DNA of 64,000 bases, taken from an uncultured delta proteobacterium. GTDB lineage: Bacteria; Desulfobacterota; WTBG01. The translations under genes and the position numbers were made by a program. Positions within the stretch are counted from its first letter, which is position 1. Every line of letters starts with the position of its first letter. The notes below the pieces were generated by a model. That model worked only from the letters and a program-made list of their open reading frames with translations. It was not told where the DNA came from and did not search any database. This document shows, in pieces, positions 48,333-57,996 of the stretch. The stretch spans positions 288,001 through 352,000 of the forward strand of contig CAWCBP010000004.1 of the NCBI GenBank assembly GCA_963793865.1, written 5' to 3'.

Positions 48333-50015
48333 CTAATTGGCCGGCAGGGACACAAAAAAAGTGCTCCCCTTGCCCTGTTCGGATTTGACCCATATTTTAC
48401 CGGTATGCCGGTCGAGTATCCTGCGGGTGATGGCAAGACCCAGCCCTTCACCCTGGGTGGCTTTCGGGTCAAGACGATGGAACAGTTCATATATTTTGTC
48501 CTGATGCTCGGGGGCGATGCCGATGCCATCGTCTTCCACGTAATACACCGCGTTCCCGTTCTCCCTGCCGCCGCCTATGGCGATGACGCCTGCCTGGCTG
48601 GGCTTGCGATATTTCAAGGCGTTGTCGATAAGGTTGGAAAAGACCTGATTAATCTGTGTTTCATCCCCAAGACAGGGGGGCAGCGGTTCAACCGTGAGGG
48701 TCACCCCGGCCTCCTTGGCCTGGTATTCAAAGGACTTGGTAATGTCGCCCACAATCCTGTCCATGTCGAGCGATTTGATATTGAGAGCCGCCCGCCCCAG
48801 GCGCGCCAGCCGCAGCAGGCCGGCAAGCAGGGAGTCCATCTTGGCAATGCTGGTGAGAATATAATGAATGGCCTCCGGGATGTCCTCGTCCAGGGTGGGG
48901 GCAATCATCTCCTTCACCCGCGGGGAGACATCTTCACTGTGGAATAAAATCGACTGTACATACTTGAAGGCGTGCTCCAGTTCCTTGCTGAAACCCTGAA
49001 CATTCACCAGAGGCGAACGCAGATCATGCGACGCAATATACACCAGCTGCTCCAGCTCCTTGTTCTTGTCCTGCAGCTCATCAAGCAGCCGGATGCGCTC
49101 CTCCTCCGCCTTCCGCCGCTCGGAAACGTCCCGTACCACCGCGATGATCATGTTCTCCTTTTCAACCTCGAGGGTAAAGGAAATTTCGATGGGAACAAGG
49201 GAACCGTCTTTTCTTAAACCCTCCTCCTCAAAAATCATTTTATCCGCCCGGCCGGTGGTTAAAATATCAAGCAGGATTTTTCTGTGCTGTTCCTTGTGTT
49301 TTTCAGGAGACAAAATGCTCGGGGGTTTGCCGATGAGTTCATCTTTGGAATAACCGTAAATCTCTTCGGCGGTCCGGTTCACCTGGGTTATGATGTCATT
49401 TTCGGCAACAATAATGCCCGCGCTCGCCAGCTCGATGAGAGTATGATATTTCTCTTCCGACTTTTTTAAAAATGCGATCCCTTTTTTTCTTTCAGTGATG
49501 TCCCTGACGATACCCACGGATCCGGTTATTTCTCCGCTCTCATGGTATAAAAAAGTCAGGTTCATCTCGACAGGAACGACTTTACCGTCCTTGCGGAGAT
49601 AATAGGTCTCCCAATTGCTGGCTTTGCCTTCTTTGAGTAATTTCTCATGCGTCGCTTTTCTCGCATCATTAAAAAATTCCTCGTCAACGGTAACCGTATC
49701 CCCTGTGGTGGATTTGTAAACCCCCTTCTCGGTTATCGAAAGCTCCATCACATGTTTCCCGTACACCTCTTCAGGCTGATAGCCGATCATTTGTAAAAAC
49801 GACCTGTTCACCCTGACGATATTTCCCGTGCTGTCTCCCACAACGATGCCGTCCAGAGAACTCTCTATGATGTTGTCCAGATGATTTTTTGTTTCTATGA
49901 GCTTTCCTTCGCCCTGTTTCAGGCTTATTCCCTTTTCTTCCAGCTCGGAGTTCTTGTGGCGAAGTTCCCGCAGTTCGCTCAGGAGCTGTTTTTTGGTCTT
50001 ATCTTCATCTCTCAT
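48333..50015 (-). CDS. PAS-PAS sensor histidine kinase
   Basis: YIASHDLRSPL, QVFSNLIDNALKY, DDGIGI, GEGLGLAI. Confidence 0.92.
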   Translation of the reverse strand: MRDEDKTKKQLLSELRELRHKNSELEEKGISLKQGEGKLIETKNHLDNIIESSLDGIVVGDSTGNIVRVNRSFLQMIGYQPEEVYGKHVMELSITEKGVYKSTTGDTVTVDEEFFNDARKATHEKLLKEGKASNWETYYLRKDGKVVPVEMNLTFLYHESGEITGSVGIVRDITERKKGIAFLKKSEEKYHTLIELASAGIIVAENDIITQVNRTAEEIYGYSKDELIGKPPSILSPEKHKEQHRKILLDILTTGRADKMIFEEEGLRKDGSLVPIEISFTLEVEKENMIIAVVRDVSERRKAEEERIRLLDELQDKNKELEQLVYIASHDLRSPLVNVQGFSKELEHAFKYVQSILFHSEDVSPRVKEMIAPTLDEDIPEAIHYILTSIAKMDSLLAGLLRLARLGRAALNIKSLDMDRIVGDITKSFEYQAKEAGVTLTVEPLPPCLGDETQINQVFSNLIDNALKYRKPSQAGVIAIGGGRENGNAVYYVEDDGIGIAPEHQDKIYELFHRLDPKATQGEGLGLAITRRILDRHTGKIWVKSEQGKGSTFFVSLPAN

Positions 50016-50462
50016 ATCAGTCACCTGGGTATCAAGGGGGTGAAGCGTCTTGCGTACGTGCATTGTATTTGCATTAGTTCGGAATTGTTCAAAAAAACTT
50101 AAGCAAAAACCTCCCTGATTGAGCGTGAGAGGTTTTGAATCTTGCCTGAAGATGAACAGAGTATCCGCGCGGCGGTCTTTTGCTGTGAAAGGGGTTTTGC
50201 TTGCGGAGAAAAGAGTTGCGCGGATTGGCCTGCCGACGGAGGGTGAAAAAAATAAAGGCAGGAGCTGTTTTGACCCCTGCCCGGGAACGACGCTGTTTTA
50301 TCTGATTATTCAGCTACTTGTAAAGCCCTGGGGCATCAGTATATCCGGCCGTATAAACAATAATCAGGCTTTACCCGGCCTCGCGAGGCGCAGAGATCTT
50401 CGTTATACTGATCTGCCAGGGCGATGTTGATCGCGCACAGATCGATACAGGCATCACAACCG

Positions 50463-51122
50463 TCACAGAATACTGATGATGACCGTGTCGGACGCATTAT
50501 TGCAGGTATCGGTTGCCGTTATCGCGTACCCCCCAAGATTATCAGGATCCTCGCAGCAGTAATCACCAATCAAAAGCCTCCAGGTACAATCGTCGATCTT
50601 ATCAATGGAGAGCCAGGACGCGGGGGGTGAAATCGTCCACACCAGGCACGATGGATCAAATGAAGAGCAGTCGGAACAGAGCGTAAAGTCGATGATATCG
50701 TTGCAGGTGTATGGTTCGGTCCTTCTTCCCGGCCTGCCATAGACGATTTCGATATCGCAGGTTGTGGTTGTCGAGCTTGTCGTGGTGTAGGTGCACCCCT
50801 CCCCCTCCATGCACGCGGAACAGGGATTCTTAAACGGGCTGCGGCCGAAGTCGGATTTGAAGAGGGCGCCGTCGGTGCCGTCAACGCAGCCGTCACACAG
50901 GAAGTCTCCATTGCAGGGATTTTCGTTGGTGCAGGGATTCAAAATGATGCTTCTCCCGAAGTCAGACTTGAAGGCCGAGGCGTCTGCGCCATCCTGATCC
51001 CCATCACAATCGAAGTCGCCCTCACAGTAGCTGATGGAGGTCGTCGTGGATGTTTGAGCCAGTACCGGGGCAACTGAAAACATAATAAAAAAGGCAATCA
51101 CTGCTGCTCGTTTCTTAACCAT
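50463..51122 (-). CDS. Secreted Cys-rich protein with a duplicated dockerin/EF-hand-like motif
   Basis: Signal peptide; CEGDFDCDGDQDGADASAFKSDFGRS and CNGDFLCDGCVDGTDGALFKSDFGRS; Thr/Ser linkers. Confidence 0.75.
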   Translation of the reverse strand: MVKKRAAVIAFFIMFSVAPVLAQTSTTTSISYCEGDFDCDGDQDGADASAFKSDFGRSIILNPCTNENPCNGDFLCDGCVDGTDGALFKSDFGRSPFKNPCSACMEGEGCTYTTTSSTTTTCDIEIVYGRPGRRTEPYTCNDIIDFTLCSDCSSFDPSCLVWTISPPASWLSIDKIDDCTWRLLIGDYCCEDPDNLGGYAITATDTCNNASDTVIISIL

Positions 51123-51466
51123 GGCAGCCCTCCTTTTTATTCAAATGTACCTGAAATGATCATAAATAGCAAACCCACCCTCTCAGACCTCATAGATCTG
51201 ATGCAAGTGGGAATCTGTCTGCCGCCAACCTTCATTTCTCTGCTCCTGCAGTTTAACGCCTCATGCATTGTATATAATCAAATCACAGCCCATTCGTAAA
51301 AGCAAGGATATTCTTGCAGCGCTTGTTCTGCCATCCTGTAAAAGGAGCGGTGCCTGTATCCATCGGCAATGACCCCTTGACATAAACACTGAAACGTATT
51401 AAGAGAAACGATACAAGTCTCCATGCTTTTTGTCATAGGCACGGAAAAGCTTAATGAAATCAATGT

Positions 51467-51545
<79 letters not shown>

Positions 51546-51566
51546 ATAAATTCGAAGTAACATCCC

Positions 51567-52649
51567 ATGGAAAAGCATCAGGTTGTCATTGTCGGCGCCG
51601 GCCCTGCCGGCGCGTCGTGCGCAAAGGCCTTGCATGACGCGGGGGTTGAGGCGCTGATTATCGAAGTAGAATCGCTGCCGCGACATAAAACATGTTCGGG
51701 CGTTCTGTTCGGGCAGACCCAGGAACTGCTGCTTAAGCTCTTCGGCTCGCTGCCGCCGGAGGAAATCTACTGCGAGCCGAAGACCATCCAGGCCTCGCAG
51801 ATTATTGAGTGGAAAGGCGGACAGGACTTTATCCAGTATTTCTGGGAGATACCCAAAAGCGGCCATGCGTTTCCCCAGACATATTACAACATACATCGCG
51901 ACAAATTTGACCACTGGATGGTGAAACAATGCGGAGCCGCGGTCAGGGAAAACTGTTTGTTTCGGGGATGTGCGGCTGAAGGGGAGCAGGTCAGGGTTGA
52001 CGTATTTCTGCGCGACCCTGAGATACTGGAACCCGGCGGGAAGGGTGAGCCGAACCGGATGATACAATGTGATTACCTGGTCGGAGCCGATGGCAGCGCC
52101 TCGTCAGTGCGCAGGGCGCTGACGCCGGACGTTTGGGCCGCAACGCCCGCAGTGGTCATCTATCAGGAGTATTGTCCGATTGAGGATACGGGCACCCTGC
52201 GCGAGGGGTGCTGGCATGTTTTTTTTGAAAAAAGCGTCGGGGAAATGCTCTCCTGCGTGCACCGCAAGAATGACTGTCTTGTGCTCTGCGTCGGATCCTT
52301 CAACGGCCGTACCCTGCGCTCAGGCATGGAGACCTTCAAGGAGTTTCTCCGGGACAACTTCAAGGTATCAGTCAAGAAGCACGAGCATGTGGAGGGGTGC
52401 ATCATAAAGATGTGGCCCCCGGACCTGGGCCGCGGCAGGGTGCTGCTGACCGGCCAGGCGGGCGGGTTTATATACCTCAACGATGAGGGCATCAGCGCCG
52501 CCATGGATTCAGGCTACCGGTGCGGCACGGCGATAGCACGCGCACTGCGCGACGGGGGTGATGCTCTGGAAATGTACCGCGCCGCTACGGGCGACATCAC
52601 GGCCCACATGGAAGACTGCGCACGACAGACGCATTTTCTGGTGGAATGA
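51567..52649 (+). CDS. FAD-dependent oxidoreductase, geranylgeranyl reductase-like
   Basis: VIVGAGPAG, LPRHKTCSG, R..FDHW, VGADG..S.VRR, GQAGG..EGISAAM.SG. Confidence 0.85.
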   Translation: MEKHQVVIVGAGPAGASCAKALHDAGVEALIIEVESLPRHKTCSGVLFGQTQELLLKLFGSLPPEEIYCEPKTIQASQIIEWKGGQDFIQYFWEIPKSGHAFPQTYYNIHRDKFDHWMVKQCGAAVRENCLFRGCAAEGEQVRVDVFLRDPEILEPGGKGEPNRMIQCDYLVGADGSASSVRRALTPDVWAATPAVVIYQEYCPIEDTGTLREGCWHVFFEKSVGEMLSCVHRKNDCLVLCVGSFNGRTLRSGMETFKEFLRDNFKVSVKKHEHVEGCIIKMWPPDLGRGRVLLTGQAGGFIYLNDEGISAAMDSGYRCGTAIARALRDGGDALEMYRAATGDITAHMEDCARQTHFLVE

Positions 52650-52742
52650 TCTCAGGCAAGACAGGTTAGACAATAGTGTGACGCAGCGTTGTCCCGAGCA
52701 CCTGTCTTCTGATTGACATCCAACAACAAAACCCCGCTCCCT

Positions 52743-53195
52743 TCATTTCCCCGCTTTTTGCGCAAGCTCTTTGCCGAGGGCACGACCCTTCTCTGCAGCT
52801 TCACCGGCATCGGCAGGTTTTCTCTCCACCGTCTCGCCTACCAGCGTAAAGAATCGACCGCCGAATTTCTCAAGACTCTGTTTGACCGTTCCGCCGCCGC
52901 CATGTGAATAAAAGAGCGCGGCGGGTTTTCCGGTAACCGCCTGTCCCGCCTTGTCCCAGATGTACATGTCATCGAAAAATGTTTTGATGGTTCCGGCCAC
53001 GTAACCATAATAATCGGGTGATCCTACGGCAACCGCATCGGCATGCAGCAGATCATCAAGTGTCACCCGGCGCTCATTGGTATTCATCAACACAACATTT
53101 GCCCCGGCCGTGCGGGCGCCTTCGGCCAGCGCCTCCGCAACATCCCTGGTGTTGCCCCTCTGCTGGCTGTGGTAGATGACGAGTATTTTTCCCAT
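52743..53195 (-). CDS. Flavodoxin domain protein
   Basis: YHSQQRGNT..AEGA, GSPDYYGYVAG.IK.FFD, FYSHGGGG. Confidence 0.88.
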   Translation of the reverse strand: MGKILVIYHSQQRGNTRDVAEALAEGARTAGANVVLMNTNERRVTLDDLLHADAVAVGSPDYYGYVAGTIKTFFDDMYIWDKAGQAVTGKPAALFYSHGGGGTVKQSLEKFGGRFFTLVGETVERKPADAGEAAEKGRALGKELAQKAGK

Positions 53196-53346
53196 ATGCT
53201 TCTCCTTTCCGTTCCGGACAGAAACTGTGTTCGCACAGTTATCGATGGAATTGCTGTGTGGCACGCTGCAAGAACCATGGCCTCTTTACCGGTGGTCACT
53301 ATATGAAAACATCCAGGGTGAGTCAATACCATAATCCATTTTTTTA

Positions 53347-53375
53347 TTGACAGGCGAAGGAGGCGTTTCTATACT
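53347..53375 (+). promoter_or_regulatory. sigma70-type promoter
   Basis: TTGACA-17bp-TATACT. Confidence 0.75.
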
Positions 53376-53436
53376 GCAGGCGATGTAAAATGGTTTGATA
53401 ATGAAACTATCTAACCTGAAGCGGAAAGGGCGGCGT

Positions 53437-54786
53437 ATGGCAAAAGTGTTTGATGTGGTAATTGTCGGGGGAGGCCCCGCGGGGCTCATGGCGGCAAAGG
53501 TGGCGGGGCAGAACGGCCTGGATGTCGCCCTGATTGAGCGCAAGAAAAATGTAACCGCCATTCAGCGCAGCTGCCAGACCATGGTGGCGATTGAAGACGA
53601 ATACTACTTCGGGGAGCGGATGTATTTCGATGAACAGCAGCGCCGCATCGTCTTCCCGGTCAACAACTTCTCGGTTCGCTATGACGGCCCTTTCAAGAAC
53701 TTCTATGCCTGGAACGTCTATACCCCTGACGGGAAGCACTGCGTACGGTTGGGTGATTACGAAAAAAACAAGCGGGGCGGAAGCAAAACCCGCCTTTCCG
53801 CCTTTTATAACAAACATGAGCTGCTGAAAGGCCTGATGAGCGAAGCGCTGGAAAGCGGCGTCAAGGTGTTCCCGGGCATGAATGTCATCGGGCATCGGCG
53901 TGCCGACGGGGTCAATGAGATCAGCACCGCCGAGGGAAAGATTTTCAAGGGGACATTCACTATCGCCGCGGACGGCGTCAACTCGCGGCTGATGAAACTG
54001 TTAGGCCTCAACAAGCAGCGCTCCTTCTTCGGCACCATCGTGGGCGCGGGCTATTACATGCAGGGGGTACGGCCGCCCTATCCCGAAGCGGTAAATTATC
54101 CCATCGTATTTCATAAAGGCAGGCTTCCCATCATGCTCTGGGTCGGGCTCAGCCCTTATGGCGATGATGAATCCTGGGTATACGCGGGGGGATGCTCGCA
54201 TCCCGAGATCAACTACCAGGAGGTCATAGACCGCACCATCAAGGACAGCCCTTTTTCAGGCTGGTTCAAGGGTGCCACCATCCTCAGGCGGCACGGGCAC
54301 GTGGCAAACATCTGGTCGCCCGCGCCCATCCCGTTTCAAGACAACGTGCTCATCACCGGCGACGCGGGCTGGACGGTGGAGGCGGAATGCACCGGCTCCA
54401 TGATGACCGGCTCCAGGGCCGCAAACGCAATTACCGAGGCGCTGCGCAACAACAAGCCCAACCGGGAGGGGGTGCAGCAATACATTGACTGGTGGTTGAA
54501 GAATTTACCCGGATTTATGGACTACCGGGAATTCCTCACCCTGCTGAGCGCGGGGCTGGTGGGCGAGGATGTGGCCAATTATCTCTACAAGCTGGTCACC
54601 GAAATACTTCCCTGCTCGCTCAATCCCTACAACCTGGTGAACAACATCAATGGATCGATCATGAGAAAAATGGATGTTATCCAGAAGGAGCGCCCGGATA
54701 TCATCGCCATGATGCAGAAGATGGCCGCAGTGCCGGTTGAAGCGCAGATGAAGCCCTTTATAAGGACGGGGTTCCCGAATCGTTAA
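53437..54786 (+). CDS. FAD-dependent oxidoreductase, geranylgeranyl reductase/FixC-like
   Basis: DVVIVGGGPAGL, IAADGVNS, VLITGDAG. Confidence 0.85.
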   Translation: MAKVFDVVIVGGGPAGLMAAKVAGQNGLDVALIERKKNVTAIQRSCQTMVAIEDEYYFGERMYFDEQQRRIVFPVNNFSVRYDGPFKNFYAWNVYTPDGKHCVRLGDYEKNKRGGSKTRLSAFYNKHELLKGLMSEALESGVKVFPGMNVIGHRRADGVNEISTAEGKIFKGTFTIAADGVNSRLMKLLGLNKQRSFFGTIVGAGYYMQGVRPPYPEAVNYPIVFHKGRLPIMLWVGLSPYGDDESWVYAGGCSHPEINYQEVIDRTIKDSPFSGWFKGATILRRHGHVANIWSPAPIPFQDNVLITGDAGWTVEAECTGSMMTGSRAANAITEALRNNKPNREGVQQYIDWWLKNLPGFMDYREFLTLLSAGLVGEDVANYLYKLVTEILPCSLNPYNLVNNINGSIMRKMDVIQKERPDIIAMMQKMAAVPVEAQMKPFIRTGFPNR

Positions 54787-54882
54787 AGAATGTTGTTTCG
54801 TTTCGACACCCTCATAAATGTACACCAGAATACCCCGCAGATCTCATGCGGGGTATTTATTATTGTAAATCGTATCTGATGC

Positions 54883-54910
54883 GTAGGGGCGACCGGCCGG
54901 TCGCCCCTAC
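54883..54910. repeat. GTAG-type REP palindrome
   Basis: GTAGGGGCGACCGGCCGGTCGCCCCTAC, a perfect 28-bp palindrome. Confidence 0.9.
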
Positions 54911-54932
54911 AGATTTTTTTATTGTGCCGCCG

Positions 54933-55319
54933 CTACCTCAGGGGGAATTTGTAGATTCCGTAGAGGAAGGTGATGAAATCGATGAACCAGGCGATTTCCG
55001 TCACCCCGATCAGAACGTGAAAGGCCTTCGCCCTCCCCGCCCGGCGGACCAGCAGCGCCGCGACAAACAGCATCCACACCACAAAGCCAAACACGATCGC
55101 GGCGACAATTGCCCCGTTGCTGCCCTTGACATCCATCTTCAGCGCTGTAACTCCCGCCACCGGAAGCATGCTCACCAGAAAATCAAGCGCCACCCCGGCG
55201 GACATGATCCGCACCGCCGGCGCAGAGCCGTCCTCGCGAAACGATTTGGCCGCCCCCGCCAGAAACAGGCAATAGGCTATGATGTATAATATTTCGTTGA
55301 GTGTCATGGGATCATTCAA
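54933..55319 (-). CDS. Hypothetical 4-TM membrane protein
   Basis: Four hydrophobic segments in 128 aa. Confidence 0.65.
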   Translation of the reverse strand: MNDPMTLNEILYIIAYCLFLAGAAKSFREDGSAPAVRIMSAGVALDFLVSMLPVAGVTALKMDVKGSNGAIVAAIVFGFVVWMLFVAALLVRRAGRAKAFHVLIGVTEIAWFIDFITFLYGIYKFPLR

Positions 55320-55383
55320 GACCGGTATTGTATGTGCTCTTCCGGCACGTGAAAAATTTTAATACGAAAATAATATCTCCATT

Positions 55384-55547
55384 GTAGGGGCAACCGGCCG
55401 GTTGCCCCTACATCCGGATAAGAATCAAACAGGAAGGGACGCGCTCCATCGCGCCCGAATATTGTATGCTGCCATGACGGAGCATGGCCCTCCATATCAC
55501 TACGCTCTGTCACGAAACATAAAAGGAATCCCCGCGGAAGCGGGAAT
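55384..55547. repeat. Cluster of different REP-like palindromes
   Basis: GTAGGGGCAACCGGCCGGTTGCCCCTAC; inverted pair GGAAGGGACGCGCTCCATCGCGCCC / GCCATGACGGAGCATGGCCCTCC; ATCCCCGCGGAAGCGGGAAT. Confidence 0.7.
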
Positions 55548-55602
55548 ATAATATATAGTGTTTTCATGCCACAGGCAATACCTTCTTTCCAGAAGACTCC
55601 TC

Positions 55603-55632
55603 TTGACTTACCCCTGCTGAAGGGGGTATCCT
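55603..55632 (+). promoter_or_regulatory. sigma70-type promoter, probably giving a leaderless rnr mRNA
   Basis: TTGACT-18bp-TATCCT ending 6 nt before the ATG at 55639; no SD. Confidence 0.5.
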
Positions 55633-55638
55633 GCACCC

Positions 55639-57822
55639 ATGCCACTGACATCAGATAAAATATTGCAATTCATTCAATCCCAAACCGCCCGGCCCGTGAA
55701 CCTCAAGGATCTGGCCCGGGCGATGAACATCAGCCAGGAGGAATATCCCGCATTCCGGCGGCTGGTGAAAAAGCTCATCACTGACGGCTCCCTGATCATG
55801 CTCAAGCGGGGCAGGATCGGGCAGCCCGACCAGCTGGACATGGCCGTGGGGACGATTTCCATTAATCGCTCCGGCCGGGGATTTCTCGAGGTTGAAGGCG
55901 TTGAGCAGGATATCATGATAGCTGACGCAGGGCTCCATACAGCCCTGGACGGCGACCGGGCGATGGTAAAGCTGCTGGGGGAGCGGTCCGGGCGTCCTTA
56001 CGGCACGGTGATAAAGGTCCTTGAGCGGTTTGACAGAAACATCGTCGGCGTGCTCCACAAAAAGAACGAATTGTTGTTTGTCCATCCGGATAATCCTCGC
56101 ATTCACCGGGACATCTATATTTCCCGCCAGGACTCCCTCCACGCCCAGGAAGGGGAAAAAGTGGTGGTAAAGCTCACCTCCTGGGATGACCCGCATACCA
56201 ACCCGTACGGCAGAATCGCCGAACGGATCGGCCCTCCCACCGCGCCGGGTGTGGATATGCTGGCCATCATCAAGAGCCACAATCTCCTGGAGGATTTTTC
56301 GGACGAGGTGATGAACCAGGCTGAAAAGGCTGCTGCCATGGATACCTCCAGGGAAATAGCGCGCCGGGCCGATCTCACCCGCGAATGCATCTACACCATA
56401 GACCCCTTTGACGCCAAGGATCACGACGACGCCATTTCCATTGCCAGAACGCCCCAGGGCTATCGCCTGGGCGTGCATATTGCCGATGTGTCATTTTATG
56501 TCACTGAGGGATCGGCCCTTGACGCGGCGGCTTTCGAGCGGGGCAACTCGGTCTATCTTCCCGGCATGGTCATACCCATGCTTCCCGAGGTGCTGTCAAA
56601 CGATGTCTGCTCATTGCGCCCCAACCGGCGGCGGCTGGCGCACTCAGTGATTCTGGATTTTGACCGCCATGGGAAAGTGCTCGGCTGGCAGATCATGGAC
56701 ACGGTGATACGCTCGCAGGCCAAGCTCTCATACGAGGAGGTCCAGGACTTTTTCAACGGTCAGCCTGTCACCCCGGGCGTTAGCCGGGTTGCCGACAGCC
56801 TCTTGCTGGCCCGTGAACTGGCAACGCTTTTAACCAGGCAGCGTGCCGCTGAAGGCTCGCTTGATTTTGACCTGCCCGAGGCAAAGATTATCTTGAACAA
56901 ACAGGGAGAGGTGCTCGAGCTGGGTGATAAGGTGCGGCTTGAATCACACCGGCTGATCGAGGAATTCATGCTGGCTGCCAACCGGGCAGTTGCTTTCGAG
57001 GCCTTCAGCAAGGACCAGCCGTTTCTCTACCGGGTTCATGGGAAGCCTGCCATAGCGAAACTGACCGCTTTCTCCGAGATGATGGGGCGGCTCGGCCACA
57101 CCTTCCACGCATCTGAACACATCAAGCCGATTCAGTTTGCCCGCTTTCTTCAGCAGGTTAAGGGCCGGCCCGAGGAGGATTTCATCAATGAGCTTATGCT
57201 GCGCTCCATGCAAAAGGCAATCTACCAGGGAGAGAATATAGGGCATTTCGGACTTGCCTTTACCCACTATACCCACTTCACGTCGCCCATCCGGAGATAT
57301 CCCGATCTTCTGGTGCACCGGCTGATACGCAAGCTGCGGCAGGGTAAGTACCCGGCCCCTTTCGCGCGCCGCGTAACCGGTCTGATCGACCGCGTCAGCG
57401 GGCACTGCTCTGAGACGGAGCGGGTGGCCGAGGCTGCCGAACGGGAAGGGGTGCGCACCAAGCAGGTCTCCTTCATGGCCAGGCACGTGGGGGACGAGTT
57501 CGAGGGGATCATATCCGGCACAGTGGCATCCGGCTTTTTTGTGAGGCTTACCAGCCTGGGCGCCGAAGGAATGGTGCGCCTGTCATCCGTGGATGATGAT
57601 TACTATCACTACGATGAAAAGCAGTACCGGATCATCGGGCGTCACACCGGCCGCATATTCAGGATGGGCGACCCGGTCAAAGTGGCGGTGGACAGCGTCA
57701 GAACGGAACTGAATGAAATCAACCTGACCCTGGTTGAGACAGGCAGGGAAAAGAAAGGCATGGAAGAGGAAAAGCCCCGGCGCAGAAGCCGATCTTTCAG
57801 GAGGAGACACCGAGGACATTAA
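55639..57822 (+). CDS. rnr: Ribonuclease R
   Basis: TIDPFDAKDHDDA, VHIADVSFYV, LIEEFMLAAN, HFGLA..YTHFTSPIRRYPDL, S1 domain, basic tail. Confidence 0.96.
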   Translation: MPLTSDKILQFIQSQTARPVNLKDLARAMNISQEEYPAFRRLVKKLITDGSLIMLKRGRIGQPDQLDMAVGTISINRSGRGFLEVEGVEQDIMIADAGLHTALDGDRAMVKLLGERSGRPYGTVIKVLERFDRNIVGVLHKKNELLFVHPDNPRIHRDIYISRQDSLHAQEGEKVVVKLTSWDDPHTNPYGRIAERIGPPTAPGVDMLAIIKSHNLLEDFSDEVMNQAEKAAAMDTSREIARRADLTRECIYTIDPFDAKDHDDAISIARTPQGYRLGVHIADVSFYVTEGSALDAAAFERGNSVYLPGMVIPMLPEVLSNDVCSLRPNRRRLAHSVILDFDRHGKVLGWQIMDTVIRSQAKLSYEEVQDFFNGQPVTPGVSRVADSLLLARELATLLTRQRAAEGSLDFDLPEAKIILNKQGEVLELGDKVRLESHRLIEEFMLAANRAVAFEAFSKDQPFLYRVHGKPAIAKLTAFSEMMGRLGHTFHASEHIKPIQFARFLQQVKGRPEEDFINELMLRSMQKAIYQGENIGHFGLAFTHYTHFTSPIRRYPDLLVHRLIRKLRQGKYPAPFARRVTGLIDRVSGHCSETERVAEAAEREGVRTKQVSFMARHVGDEFEGIISGTVASGFFVRLTSLGAEGMVRLSSVDDDYYHYDEKQYRIIGRHTGRIFRMGDPVKVAVDSVRTELNEINLTLVETGREKKGMEEEKPRRRSRSFRRRHRGH

Positions 57823-57842
57823 AAGGCACATGTTATAAAACT

Positions 57843-57950
57843 GTCGTTGCGAGGAGTCCCGCTTAAGAGGGACGACGAAGCAATCCCTGTCTTCACTATG
57901 AACGCATCGAGTTATACAAAATGAGATTGCTTAGCGTTGCTCGCAATGAC
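57843..57950. repeat. GTCRTTGCGAG..GCAATC / GAGATTGCT..CTCGCAATGAC inverted repeat pair
   Basis: Same family as 26844-26989; lies between convergent genes. Confidence 0.75.
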
Positions 57951-57996
57951 AACCTACTAATCAACCAAACATTAAATGAACTTCCTGGACGCGGCC

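Noticed and set aside
50064..50460. Riboswitch or small ORF in the long intergenic region
   Set aside because: No recognisable riboswitch core motifs, and the short ORFs lack SD and family features.
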